NCBI GenBank assembly: GCA_023665755.1
Contig: JAMPDF010000002.1
Coordinates: forward strand, 136,953 to 200,952
Direction: 5' to 3'
Source: Prevotella sp.
GTDB lineage: Bacteria > Bacillota_I > Bacilli_A > ML615J-28 > CAG-313
Length of the DNA stretch: 64,000 bases
Made by a program: the position numbers and the translations under genes. Position 1 is the stretch's first letter, and each line of letters opens with the position of its first letter. Positions 18,619 through 28,627 of this stretch are shown piece after piece. The notes under the pieces are model-generated. The model was not told the origin of the DNA and made no database searches. It worked only from the letters and a program-made list of their open reading frames with translations.

Positions 18619-21441
18619 TTACAATTGATAAAATCGCTGTAATAGATAGGTTTTCATCTGCTGGTCAGATATGACTTGGATTTCCGCAATAATTCGGTTG
18701 ATATCATGTGATTCTAAAGCCCGAATTAAATATTCATAGCTAATGTTGTTTACAATGGTATAATAGTTCTCAATCATATCCAAGGTATCTTGAATATAGG
18801 CATTTACAATTTCTTCTTGGGTATTTCTAGTGCTGATATATTGATAGTGGTGATTATTGCTGAGGAGCTTTACCAAAGTAGTATCACGGTAATAGTAATA
18901 GGATGAAAATAACAAGTATCCACCATAATCATCCATCAATTTAATTTCCTGTAAATCAATATAAGTATTTTCTTTGGTTAGTTTAGCACCTATTCCAATT
19001 CGAATAGAAGTATCCAATCCCTGATTATAAATGGCGTTTACCGAATTTTTAAATTCAGACACACTACTTGTATAAACCATAGGTTCGATTTCATCAACCA
19101 ATCCCTTCTTAATCCAAGTTTGGTAGTCTTGTAAGTGACTTTGTTTGGCATAGTTAGCGTCAGAAAGTACAGCGGCACTAATTTTGATATTTGGCCTCAT
19201 TAGGCGAATAAAAGAAGATAGTCTTTCTACAAACTGATTGAGTTGTGTCATTTTAAAATTTAACCAATTTCTGCGAACCGTCTTAGAATTGACAATATGT
19301 GTTCTTAAATCCCCTTCTAAGGAGTACATCTTCATAAATTGATTCATTGTATAGGTAGTATATCCATGATCTTCAATAGTTACATCACTAGGTATTACCT
19401 CTACGTCTAAATAACGATAGAGATTACTTGCAGGATAGCGAATAATATCATATTCGATACCATCAAAATCATATTTTGTGAGTAATTCACCATACCAACC
19501 AACTAGTAATTCTTGAACATCTGGACTACATATATCGTAGTAATACACTTCATAGGAAGAAGATTTACTTCTTTGACCTTGATAGTTGATTTGGTAATAT
19601 TCATCATGAGGCTCTTTTAAGGTAGGCACATGGGCGAAGAAAGTTTGCGTATAGGCGGTAACAGCAATTCCTAATTTATGTGCTTCACTGATAAAACAAT
19701 TTAAATAATCGTGACCATATTCTCCATAATCATAATACTGAAGGGCTTCATAGGTTTGATAATATTCAGACTCATATACCATATAACCTGTACCTACTTC
19801 TAAAAATGGAGTAAGCATAATTTCGTTAATTCCCATTTGCTTAAAGTGAGTCAAGGTTTTAATAATACCATCTTTAGTGGTATCATCATAGTAATATACA
19901 CCTTGGAATCGAAGAAATGGATAATACCAAACGCCCCTTGTTTGATCAATTTGGTTATCAATCAATTGACTATATATAATATTAATATAATCCTGAATTA
20001 AATTATAATTACAATAAAATTGTTGCAAATTACAAAAATTAGTCATGTCATAGGATGTTTCTTCAATGAGTTGATCTATGGTATATAACACTGTATTGAT
20101 ATATTGATAATCATGAGGAATTTTATGTTCTAATTCTGTATTGAGTTCATCAATAATGCTATTTCGTAGATTAGTATAAGCAAATAAATAGCGATATTGT
20201 TGATTTCTCCAAATTTCTATTTTTCCATTTTGAATAACTACACGATCATGAATTTCGATATTCGCTTGAATGAAATCAGCTCCTGCGGTATGACCACTTA
20301 GGATGAAACCACCATCAGGCAAGTCCACAAGGTTATTTTTATCGATGACATATCCATCAGAATCAACAGCAACCTCAAATCCCCATTGATTACGATTTTC
20401 AAAGTGACTAGCATCATAATGGACAATTGTATTTTCATTACGAAAACCACCATAATATAGCTTTTCAGTATAAGTAGTATATAATAGATAGTCTTCGACA
20501 GGTCCTTTTTCTAGAGTCACCTCTTTTTTATCATAGTGGTTTATAGCGATAGGAGAATAAGTATGTTGGTGAGCATATATATCAATATCTTCATAAGGAG
20601 ATAACATTTGTGTTAATTCTTGAAGCAATTCATTTGCTAATGGCTCATTATAGGTTTGATTGATTTGTTCTAGACGAGGAATTATGGTATTTAAAGTAGA
20701 TACTTTTTGATTGTATTCTTTCAGAGCAGTCATATTTTCAATCTCATCTAATACTTCATAAAAACATGTATATAAGGTATTGTACTTAGCGATTGTCTCG
20801 TCTCGATATACAAAGATTTTTTCGCCATCATACAAGATAAAATCACCAATTTGAATTTGTTGGAGTTCGCTAACTCTTAATCCAGTAACTGATAAAACCA
20901 TTCCGTTTTCGGGCATGTTTACATTTACAGCAGTATTTTCTACTTGACCATATTGATTGATAGCAACTTCCCAGCCTGTTTCATCTGTTGGATAAGGACA
21001 TTCCCATCTGTATACAGCAATGATACCATTTCTTCTTACTACATTTTGCCCAGTATTTTCAAGTTGAAATAAGGATGTATCAGTAGCAAGCGCTTGTGTT
21101 GTTTTCAAATGATAATCACTATGTGTCATAATTGGAATGGCTTCCTTTTTTTCTACCACAAAAATAACTGCTTTAGTCTGATAGCCTTTATAAGAAATGG
21201 TTACAATTTGTTTTCCAATTTGGGAAGAATTATATCCATCAATGATAAAATCTTCTATACGATGCTCCCTGTTATTCGTCAAATAGACCCAAAAGTGATG
21301 TTTAATATCGTTTTTTCCTTCCAATATTTCATTATCAACGACATGAACAATGAGTTTGATTGCTTTATTTTGTTTGGTACATCCATATAAGCAAATGGAT
21401 AGCGTAAAGAGTAAAAATAGAATATAAATTTTTCGCAACAT
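18619..21441 (-). CDS. Large lipoprotein with glycosyl-hydrolase-like 10 (GHL10/DUF187, YngK-type) domain, N-terminal Ig-like module and a duplicated ~80-aa module
   Basis: Lipobox LYGC. Ig-like segment IIDGYNSSQIGKQIVTISYKGYQTKAVIF. GHL10-type motifs QTRGVWYYPF and DGIEYDIIRYP. RBS AAAGGA lies 7 nt before the ATG. Confidence 0.75.
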   Translation of the reverse strand: MLRKIYILFLLFTLSICLYGCTKQNKAIKLIVHVVDNEILEGKNDIKHHFWVYLTNNREHRIEDFIIDGYNSSQIGKQIVTISYKGYQTKAVIFVVEKKEAIPIMTHSDYHLKTTQALATDTSLFQLENTGQNVVRRNGIIAVYRWECPYPTDETGWEVAINQYGQVENTAVNVNMPENGMVLSVTGLRVSELQQIQIGDFILYDGEKIFVYRDETIAKYNTLYTCFYEVLDEIENMTALKEYNQKVSTLNTIIPRLEQINQTYNEPLANELLQELTQMLSPYEDIDIYAHQHTYSPIAINHYDKKEVTLEKGPVEDYLLYTTYTEKLYYGGFRNENTIVHYDASHFENRNQWGFEVAVDSDGYVIDKNNLVDLPDGGFILSGHTAGADFIQANIEIHDRVVIQNGKIEIWRNQQYRYLFAYTNLRNSIIDELNTELEHKIPHDYQYINTVLYTIDQLIEETSYDMTNFCNLQQFYCNYNLIQDYINIIYSQLIDNQIDQTRGVWYYPFLRFQGVYYYDDTTKDGIIKTLTHFKQMGINEIMLTPFLEVGTGYMVYESEYYQTYEALQYYDYGEYGHDYLNCFISEAHKLGIAVTAYTQTFFAHVPTLKEPHDEYYQINYQGQRSKSSSYEVYYYDICSPDVQELLVGWYGELLTKYDFDGIEYDIIRYPASNLYRYLDVEVIPSDVTIEDHGYTTYTMNQFMKMYSLEGDLRTHIVNSKTVRRNWLNFKMTQLNQFVERLSSFIRLMRPNIKISAAVLSDANYAKQSHLQDYQTWIKKGLVDEIEPMVYTSSVSEFKNSVNAIYNQGLDTSIRIGIGAKLTKENTYIDLQEIKLMDDYGGYLLFSSYYYYRDTTLVKLLSNNHHYQYISTRNTQEEIVNAYIQDTLDMIENYYTIVNNISYEYLIRALESHDINRIIAEIQVISDQQMKTYLLQRFYQL

Positions 21442-21473
21442 AAATCATTCCTTTCTCATATTTTCTTATTTAT

Positions 21474-21502
21474 ATTATAACAAATCATTCCTCTTTTTTC
21501 AA
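21474..21502 (-). promoter_or_regulatory. Candidate sigma-A promoter for the GHL10 lipoprotein gene
   Basis: On the minus strand: TTGAAA, 17-nt spacer, TATAAT preceded by TGT (extended -10). Confidence 0.5.
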
Positions 21503-21691
21503 TAGAAGTTCCTTTTTATGTTATACACAAATTGTACCAAACAAAAAAATCTTCTTTTTTAAAATGAAAAAAATAAAAATATTAGGAAAAATTCGGTTAT
21601 AAATATGAGAGATGAGTTACTTTAAAATAGAGGATAAAAGCAATGTTCCATTGCACTTGAAAAAAGAATGAGGGTTTAAAACTCGTTTTCT

Positions 21692-21720
21692 TTGATAAAT
21701 GGAGTCTATTTTGTTATAAT
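21692..21720 (+). promoter_or_regulatory. Candidate sigma-A promoter for the NUDIX-GrpB-kinase-radical SAM string
   Basis: TTGATA (21692-21697), 17-nt spacer, TGT-TATAAT (21715-21720). Confidence 0.55.
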
Positions 21721-21748
21721 ACAAGAGATGAGCAAGTAAGGAGTTTAT

Positions 21749-22615
21749 ATGCAAACAATAGTCTATTTTGGTAGTAAGATAGAAGAAAATATATTCCAAA
21801 CTAAAAGACTTTTCTCTGAGCACCCTATTCAAATGGTGTACATAGAAAAAGAACTTACTATAGAACAATATAAAAAAATAATAGCCTCAACTACATTGAT
21901 TTTTATGATCCAAAATGATTCAGAAGAACATATGCAATGGTATAAGGGTTATGTAGAAAAAATACGTGAATGTCAAAAAACAAAAGCAAAAATAGGCGAG
22001 GTGTATGTAAATATACCCAAAAAGTGGATTGTCTGGCCTCGTCATTGTGAAACATTTTTGTTAGATACATTCTTGGCACAAGGAAAGGGAAAACCTTTGG
22101 TTCTTAATATAGAATATCAAAAATGGCAAAAATATGGATTTGAACCAGGTAATAAGGCCTATTTTGATCTCGTAGATGCATTTATCCATGATTGCTATCA
22201 AGTAGAAGCAAGCGCAATGGCGATTGTAAGATATAAAGACGAAATCCTCGCTACGATAGAAGAAATTTATGGTAAACTTGTATGTGCATTACCGAAAGGA
22301 CATATAGAAAAAGCCGAAACAATAGTGGATGCGGCAATCCGAGAATGCTTAGAAGAAACGGGTATCCATTTAGATTTAGAACAAGTTATCCAACACTTAG
22401 ATGCATTTTCAATCACCTTTATCAATCATCATCTACAACTCGTCCAAAAAAGGATTTATCCAGTCTATTTTCAAATTGACCAAAAAACATTACCACATCC
22501 TACTGAAACAAGGATTCAAAAAGCGACCTTTATGAAAATAAGTGATTTTTTACAACAATGTCCATACGAAAATATTCGTATGCTCATTCAAACTATAGAG
22601 AAGGAGCAATCATAG
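21749..22615 (+). CDS. NUDIX hydrolase with ~160-aa unassigned N-terminal domain
   Basis: NUDIX box GHIEKAETIVDAAIRECLEETGI in the C-terminal half. RBS AAGGAG. Confidence 0.7.
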   Translation: MQTIVYFGSKIEENIFQTKRLFSEHPIQMVYIEKELTIEQYKKIIASTTLIFMIQNDSEEHMQWYKGYVEKIRECQKTKAKIGEVYVNIPKKWIVWPRHCETFLLDTFLAQGKGKPLVLNIEYQKWQKYGFEPGNKAYFDLVDAFIHDCYQVEASAMAIVRYKDEILATIEEIYGKLVCALPKGHIEKAETIVDAAIRECLEETGIHLDLEQVIQHLDAFSITFINHHLQLVQKRIYPVYFQIDQKTLPHPTETRIQKATFMKISDFLQQCPYENIRMLIQTIEKEQS

Positions 22616-23188
22616 ATGCAAAAAGAGTTATCCCAAATGACATTAGAAGAATTATGGCAATTGTTTCCCATTGTGCTTGTGCAACATCAAAGCAAGTGGA
22701 AAGATTGGTATCAAGAAGAAGTAGAAATCTTAAAAAGTCTTTTACCTCAAGAATCGATATCTGCCATTTATCATATTGGCAGTACGGCTATTGATACAAT
22801 TATGGCAAAACCTATCGTGGATATTTTAATAGAAGTAAACGATAACTATCCTCTAACGACTATCAAAGATATGCTGTTGACTAAAGGCTATCTTTGCATG
22901 AATGAAAGTGAAATTCGAGTGGCGTTAAATAAAGGGTATACCAAAGATGGCTATGATGAAAAAGTATTTCATATTCATCTTAGAAAAAAAGGAGATATTG
23001 ATGAGGTGTATTTTAGAGACTATCTTTTGATGCATAAAGATATAGCTCAAGCATATGAGGCACTAAAACTATCTTTGGGACAACAATATCCCCATCATCG
23101 TGATCATTATACAGAAGGAAAAACGGATTTTGTAAAACATATAACGAATTTTGCTAAAAAACAAATACTCCATAACAATTGTGATTAG
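22616..23188 (+). CDS. GrpB family protein (UPF0157)
   Basis: YHIGSTAIDTIMAKPIVDILIEV and FHIHLRKKGD are GrpB-type motifs. The ATG directly abuts the upstream TAG. Confidence 0.8.
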   Translation: MQKELSQMTLEELWQLFPIVLVQHQSKWKDWYQEEVEILKSLLPQESISAIYHIGSTAIDTIMAKPIVDILIEVNDNYPLTTIKDMLLTKGYLCMNESEIRVALNKGYTKDGYDEKVFHIHLRKKGDIDEVYFRDYLLMHKDIAQAYEALKLSLGQQYPHHRDHYTEGKTDFVKHITNFAKKQILHNNCD

Positions 23189-23252
23189 CTAGTCGAAGAA
23201 AAAATATAGTTTTAATGGAACCAGATTCAAATATAGAAAGGAAAAAGCGCTC

Positions 23253-24248
23253 ATGGATACGACCATTTTTTTCAATTATCACCTTAAAAAATATCCGGCG
23301 ATGCAACTAGAAGATAAGGTGAAATTAGTCTACCAAGGTATACTTGGGCCACGTCATCTTGATGTTATAACTGATCTAGTGCATTTACAAACAAGTATTC
23401 AAGAAGAAATAGATAAGCAACCCCATTTCAGTGAAACCTTATATGAGTGGTTGAGTCCCTGGTATCTTCGGATTCATTTGGCTCCCTATGTTCAAGCAGG
23501 GTTAGATATCACTTATCTTTTAACACATTTTCTATCTTCATCACAAGAAAATACCCCATTAGCAGTTTATCATCAAGCCCTAGTTTTATATATAGGTGAA
23601 ATACAATCCACAAGATATCAAGAGATTCCGCATCACTCTAGCATCTATCGAGATTGTTATCATCCTTGCTATAGGGTAGTTCACCGAGATATATTAACTT
23701 TTGAAATGCGTTTGATGCAACTTCAAGGATTTCTCCAACATCAAGTTTCCCAAAGCATCATTGCCTTAGAGGGGCGTTGTGCAGCGGGGAAAACGACGCT
23801 ATGTCATGCCTTAGGAGATGCATACACGATTTTGCATATGGATGATTTCTTTTTACCTACCACAAGAAAAACAAAAGAAAGATTAAGTGAAATAGGTGGT
23901 AATATCGATTATGAACTAGTATTAGAGAGTTTGCTCGAAATTAGAAAAGCATATCAACATCATCAAAAGAAAGTGATATTACGAGTATTTAATTGTGCAA
24001 CACAAACCTATAGTTGTAGAGAAATAGAACTAAAGGAGTGCGTTATAGTAGAAGGAGTATATGCTTTCCATCCCTATTTTAGAGCCCAAATAAATCGATT
24101 TGCATATGTAGAAGTGGATCAAACCACTCAATTGGCAAGAGTTCAACAGCGTAAACGGGCATTGGACTATCTTCAGTTATGGATGCCACTAGAGGAAATC
24201 TATTATAATCATATAGACGTATACGCTATTTCAGATATTATCATTTAG
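23253..24248 (+). CDS. P-loop nucleoside/nucleotide kinase-like protein (uridine-kinase-like C-terminal half) with unassigned N-terminal domain
   Basis: Walker A motif EGRCAAGKTTL followed by LHMDDFF. The N-terminal ~165 aa are unassigned. Confidence 0.55.
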   Translation: MDTTIFFNYHLKKYPAMQLEDKVKLVYQGILGPRHLDVITDLVHLQTSIQEEIDKQPHFSETLYEWLSPWYLRIHLAPYVQAGLDITYLLTHFLSSSQENTPLAVYHQALVLYIGEIQSTRYQEIPHHSSIYRDCYHPCYRVVHRDILTFEMRLMQLQGFLQHQVSQSIIALEGRCAAGKTTLCHALGDAYTILHMDDFFLPTTRKTKERLSEIGGNIDYELVLESLLEIRKAYQHHQKKVILRVFNCATQTYSCREIELKECVIVEGVYAFHPYFRAQINRFAYVEVDQTTQLARVQQRKRALDYLQLWMPLEEIYYNHIDVYAISDIII

Positions 24249-24262
24249 AAAGGGGAATAAAT

Positions 24263-25132
24263 ATGCATGAAGTGTGTGCTAAATCAATTTTATCTTCACA
24301 ACTTGTAATGAATATATATAGAGGATGTAGGCATGGATGTATTTATTGTGATTCTAGAAGCAAGTGCTATCAAATGCAACATGACTTTGAAGATGTAGAA
24401 GTCAAGGTCAATGCACCTGAATTATTAGAACAAACATTGCAAAGAAGAAAAAAACGAGCCATAATTGGTATGGGCTCAATGACAGATCCATATCAACCTA
24501 TTGAAAAAATATATAAATTGACTGGAAAATGTTTACAAGTTATTGAAAAATATGGATATGGCGTGACGTTGATTACCAAGTCCTATTTGATTTTAAGGGA
24601 TTTACCTATTTTAGAGCGTATTCATCAAAAGGCAAAATGTGTAGTACAAATGACTCTCACTACTATGGATGAAAGGCTAGTCAAACAAATAGAACCTTAT
24701 GCTCCTACTACTAAAAGAAGAATTGAAGTATTACAAATACTTCAAGAACACCATATCCCTACTGTTGTTTGGTTATCTCCTTTTTTGCCCTTTATCAACG
24801 ATAACAAAGAAAATTTTTTGGCTTTATTGCAAGCGTGTCTAGAAACTGGGGTAAAAGGGATTCTTTGCTTTGGGATAGGTCTTACTTTAAGAGAAGGCAA
24901 TAGAGAATATTTTTATCAAAAATTAGACGAACTTTTTCCAGGATTAACTGAAAAATATGTTCAAACCTATCACAATCGATATGAGGTACGTAGTGATCAT
25001 CACCAAAAATATATGGCAATATTAGAAGCATTTTGCAAAGAACATGGCATTTTATATCAAATCCAAGATATTTTTAATTATTTAAAGTATTTTGACCCAA
25101 TAAGCGAGCAATTAAGATTATTTGAAGAATGA
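24263..25132 (+). CDS. Radical SAM protein, SPL/SplB-like (COG1533-type)
   Basis: CxxxCxxC cluster motif GCRHGCIYCDS near the N-terminus. RBS AAAGGGG. Confidence 0.75.
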   Translation: MHEVCAKSILSSQLVMNIYRGCRHGCIYCDSRSKCYQMQHDFEDVEVKVNAPELLEQTLQRRKKRAIIGMGSMTDPYQPIEKIYKLTGKCLQVIEKYGYGVTLITKSYLILRDLPILERIHQKAKCVVQMTLTTMDERLVKQIEPYAPTTKRRIEVLQILQEHHIPTVVWLSPFLPFINDNKENFLALLQACLETGVKGILCFGIGLTLREGNREYFYQKLDELFPGLTEKYVQTYHNRYEVRSDHHQKYMAILEAFCKEHGILYQIQDIFNYLKYFDPISEQLRLFEE

Positions 25133-25142
25133 TTTCAATTGT

Positions 25143-25180
25143 AAAAGAAAACTCTTTTTATCATAAAAGGGTTTTCTTTT
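25143..25180 (+). terminator. Probable AU-rich rho-independent terminator
   Basis: 10-bp stem AAAAGAAAAC / GTTTTCTTTT with a structured 18-nt loop. The U-tract is part of the 3' arm. Confidence 0.45.
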
Positions 25181-25233
25181 GGTTAAACATAAGTAATGTA
25201 GATTAAATATTTGGATGTTCTTATACGTAAGAC

Positions 25234-25262
25234 TTGAAAAAATGGAAAAAATAGTATATAAT
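25234..25262 (+). promoter_or_regulatory. Candidate sigma-A promoter for the lipid operon
   Basis: TTGAAA (25234-25239), 17-nt spacer, TATAAT (25257-25262). Confidence 0.55.
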
Positions 25263-25288
25263 AAACAAGATATGAAGAGGAAAAAACT

Positions 25289-26950
25289 ATGAAAAATTTA
25301 AAAATTGTTTTGAAAGGAACGATAATTGGATTTGCTAGTGTTGCTATACCAGGCCTCAGTGCAAGTACTGTTGCGATTATCCTTTGCTTATATTACAAAT
25401 TGATTGACGCCATTAGTTCTATTTTGAAAGACTTCAAAACAAGTATTCGTTTCTTGTTTTTTCTATTAATTGGTTTTGGGATAGGTTCGTTAATTGGTGC
25501 CAATTTAGTTAGTATAATGTATGAAAAATATCCACTCCCTTTTGTCTTTGTTGTATTGGGATTTATTGTAGGGTCTTTTCCTAAAATGTTACGGGATTTA
25601 AAACCACATATTCGAAAATTATCGAATTGGCTTGTTGTCTTTGCCATTTGGGCGATTTTGCTTGGATTCTCTTTTGCAATTATCAAAGGAGAAGAGGTCA
25701 CATTGAGTATAGGGATGCCGTTTATAGATTATGTCTTATTGGCTATTGTCGGATTCATTACTGCGGCAACACTCGTTATACCAGGTATGGATTTTGCAAT
25801 TGTCTTACTGAATTTAGGGTATTACAATGCGATTATGATGCTACTCAATGTTTGGCAAGGCAGTCATATTGTTGGGAATCTATTCATTTTATCTGTGTAT
25901 CTCATTAGTTATGGGATTGGGGCATTCTTTTACTCTAAATTGATAAAAAAAGTGATTGAAAAACATGAAGTAAAGATGCAATTTGCTAGTTTTGCTTTTG
26001 TTGCCATTAGTCCTATTTTGATTATTAAGCAATGTATCATCAATAATGACTATTTTGATGCCGGATATAGTTTTGGTCCACAATGGATAATCGCAATTGT
26101 GCTTTTCTTTGTTTCTATGTTAGCAATGATGTTAATTTATCATTTAAATAATCCCTATGATACCCGAATAGAGGCAATGAAGAAAAGAAACTTATTACGC
26201 TTTTTCTTTACAATTGGGATTCAGATTCCAGCGGCTATTTATTATTTACTTAAAATGAGAAAAATGTTAAAAAAAGGTACGGTCTCCTTTGAAGAACGAT
26301 ATAATCACTGCATTCGATTGATGGGGAGAATCAATAAAGGTGGCTTTATTTACCCACAATATTTTGGTAGAGAGCATTTGATTGATGAGGCTACCTTATA
26401 TATTCCCAATCATCAAGGTCGGTATGATGGTATAGCCGTATTTACCGCATTATATGATCATCCATGTAGTTTAGTGGCAGATAAGAGCCGAATCAATAAT
26501 CCATATTACAGCACCTTTTTTCAATTGATAGAAGGAGTTTATGTAGACAGAACCAATATGCGCAAGCAAGTCACCTTTATCAAGGAGATGGGAGAAAGAC
26601 TTGCTGAGGGGAGGAGTTTTATTGCCTTTATTGAAGGGAAACACTCTGATAATCAAAATGAATTACAAGAATTTCAAACAGGTATTTTACGTTCTGCTTA
26701 CCATAGCCATTGTCCAATTCAACCCATTGTTTTATGGGACTCTTGGAAAGTATTCTCTATTTCTTCACTGAAGAAAATTCGACCAGAGGTTCATATTTTA
26801 GAACCCATCTATTATGATGAATATAAAGATTTGAACAAAAATGAACTTGCTGATTTGATTAAGTCGAGAATGCAAGCCAAACTAGATGAAATTCGCACCA
26901 CAAAAGCAGTAGAACATACAACAAAAGAAAGGAAAATAAAAACAGAATGA
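25289..26950 (+). CDS. Fusion protein: DUF368 (PopT-type polyprenyl-phosphate transporter family) N-terminal domain + LPLAT/PlsC-type acyltransferase C-terminal domain
   Basis: The N-terminal ~290 aa are polytopic, with both DUF368 half-repeats (IPGLSASTVAIILCLYYKLIDAIS and LVIPGMDFAIVLLNLGYYNAI). The C-terminal half carries the acyltransferase blocks NHQGRYDG (HX4D), FIEGKHS and PIQPIVL. It is a single uninterrupted 553-codon frame. Confidence 0.7.
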   Translation: MKNLKIVLKGTIIGFASVAIPGLSASTVAIILCLYYKLIDAISSILKDFKTSIRFLFFLLIGFGIGSLIGANLVSIMYEKYPLPFVFVVLGFIVGSFPKMLRDLKPHIRKLSNWLVVFAIWAILLGFSFAIIKGEEVTLSIGMPFIDYVLLAIVGFITAATLVIPGMDFAIVLLNLGYYNAIMMLLNVWQGSHIVGNLFILSVYLISYGIGAFFYSKLIKKVIEKHEVKMQFASFAFVAISPILIIKQCIINNDYFDAGYSFGPQWIIAIVLFFVSMLAMMLIYHLNNPYDTRIEAMKKRNLLRFFFTIGIQIPAAIYYLLKMRKMLKKGTVSFEERYNHCIRLMGRINKGGFIYPQYFGREHLIDEATLYIPNHQGRYDGIAVFTALYDHPCSLVADKSRINNPYYSTFFQLIEGVYVDRTNMRKQVTFIKEMGERLAEGRSFIAFIEGKHSDNQNELQEFQTGILRSAYHSHCPIQPIVLWDSWKVFSISSLKKIRPEVHILEPIYYDEYKDLNKNELADLIKSRMQAKLDEIRTTKAVEHTTKERKIKTE

Positions 26951-27786
26951 ATTACATACTATACAATTCTTTATCGAACAATCAAATTGAACCAGAATAC
27001 ATTCAACAAGCTCGCCAAGAAAAGAGTGAGCAAAACATCATTCAAGATGTTGTAGGATTAGATTACATAGCATTTTTTGATCATTTAAAAGAAGAAGATA
27101 GTATAACTTTAGTTGGGGGGGATGGCACCATCCATCATTTGGTGAATGCACTAGGTGACTATCCTTTGAAAAATAAGATTTATCTGGTACCTGCAGGTAC
27201 TGGAAATGATTTTTTCCATGATGTAGTAAAAGATGAAAATCAAAAACAAGTTTTGTTAAATCCATATTTAACCCATTTACCTACTGTAGAAGTGGCAGGG
27301 ATGACCAAACGGTTTATCAATGGTATTGGATTTGGCATTGACGGGTATTGTTGTGAGGTAGGGGATGAACTCAAAAAAAAGTCTAATAAACCTGTTAATT
27401 ATACCTCTATTGCTATTCAAGGGCTATTGTTTCATTTCAAACCCGTAAAAGCCAAAATTACGGTAGATGGGGTAAGTGAATCGTTTGAGCACGTGTGGCT
27501 TGCACCAACAATGAAAGGACGTTATTATGGTGGTGGTATGATGATTGCTCCACATCAAGATCGAACCAATCCAGAAATGTTAACAACAGTGGTATATAAA
27601 AGTAGAAGCAAACTAAAAGCATTGATGGTGTTTCCTTCTATATTTAAAGGAGAGCACATTCAAAAAGAAAAGATGGTCAAAATCTTTAGGGGGAAAGAAA
27701 TTCAAGTTGAATTTGATCGTCCAACAGCCTTACAAATTGATGGCGAGACGGTTAAAAATGTAACATCTTATACTGTGCGGATTTGA
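26947..27786 (+). CDS. Diacylglycerol/lipid kinase family protein (DAGK_cat, YegS/DgkB-like)
   Basis: LVGGDGTIHHLVNAL and VPAGTGNDFFHD motifs. The start overlaps the upstream stop (ATGA). Confidence 0.8.
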   Translation: MNYILYNSLSNNQIEPEYIQQARQEKSEQNIIQDVVGLDYIAFFDHLKEEDSITLVGGDGTIHHLVNALGDYPLKNKIYLVPAGTGNDFFHDVVKDENQKQVLLNPYLTHLPTVEVAGMTKRFINGIGFGIDGYCCEVGDELKKKSNKPVNYTSIAIQGLLFHFKPVKAKITVDGVSESFEHVWLAPTMKGRYYGGGMMIAPHQDRTNPEMLTTVVYKSRSKLKALMVFPSIFKGEHIQKEKMVKIFRGKEIQVEFDRPTALQIDGETVKNVTSYTVRI

Positions 27787-27787
27787 T

Positions 27788-28627
27788 ATGATTAAGCTTA
27801 TTTCAGTAGTGATTGCTATGGTAGTAGCGAGTATCGGTTGTCATTTTGTACCGACCACTCAGTCATTTATGACTATCTTAGTATGGCTTGGATTATGTAT
27901 GGCAGCGATGTTGGTACAAGTGATTTTATTTTTCCTAGTCGCCTTCATCGTGGGTATACCCATTCGAAGAAAAAAAGAGACTTTGCATTATCACCCGTTT
28001 TACCGATGGGTGATGTACTGGTATACTCGTTGTTGTCTTTCCTTATTTAATGTAAAGATTGTTGCCAAAGGATTAGAAAAATTACCTCAAGATGGACCTT
28101 TTGTGATTGTTTCTAATCACTTGTCTAATGTAGATTCAATGGTAATGGATGTTTTGTTAAAAGATTTTCCTTTGGTATTTGTGACCAAGGAATCCCTTTT
28201 TCATATTCCTTTTTTTGGTAAAATCATTCATGGAATTGGGTATTTGAAATTAGAAAGAGGGAATATACGAAAAGAAGTTGTAACGATTAAAAAAGGAATT
28301 TCTTTTTTAAATCAAGGTGAATGTTCAGTAGGAGTGTATCCAGAAGGAACTAGGAATTTTACAAGTGAAGTTTTGCTTCCGTTTAAACCAGGATGCTTTC
28401 ATCTAGCAACGAAAACTCAAAGACCTATTGTAGTTTGTGTGACAACAGGTACAGAACAAATCAAATATCATCCCATTTTAAAAAAGCATAAGGTTACTTT
28501 TCAAGTCATAGACATTATCGAAGCAAATCGTTATCAGGGTTTAACAACAAGAGAAATTGGGGAAAAAATTAGCGAAATGATGATAGAAGAACTAAGTCAA
28601 TATGAAAAAAAGAATGCAACCAAATAA
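27788..28627 (+). CDS. 1-acyl-sn-glycerol-3-phosphate acyltransferase-like (PlsC/LPLAT family), N-terminal TM anchors
   Basis: SNHLSNVDS (HX4D block), YPEGTRN and RPIVVCV blocks. It starts 1 nt after the upstream stop. Confidence 0.8.
   Translation: MIKLISVVIAMVVASIGCHFVPTTQSFMTILVWLGLCMAAMLVQVILFFLVAFIVGIPIRRKKETLHYHPFYRWVMYWYTRCCLSLFNVKIVAKGLEKLPQDGPFVIVSNHLSNVDSMVMDVLLKDFPLVFVTKESLFHIPFFGKIIHGIGYLKLERGNIRKEVVTIKKGISFLNQGECSVGVYPEGTRNFTSEVLLPFKPGCFHLATKTQRPIVVCVTTGTEQIKYHPILKKHKVTFQVIDIIEANRYQGLTTREIGEKISEMMIEELSQYEKKNATK

Noticed and set aside
27115-27121. G7 tract in the lipid-kinase gene as a phase-variation site
   Set aside because: It encodes the conserved catalytic-domain motif VGGDG (GTT GGG GGG GAT GGC) of a cytoplasmic enzyme in the middle of an operon. 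The tract is most simply a codon-choice consequence.
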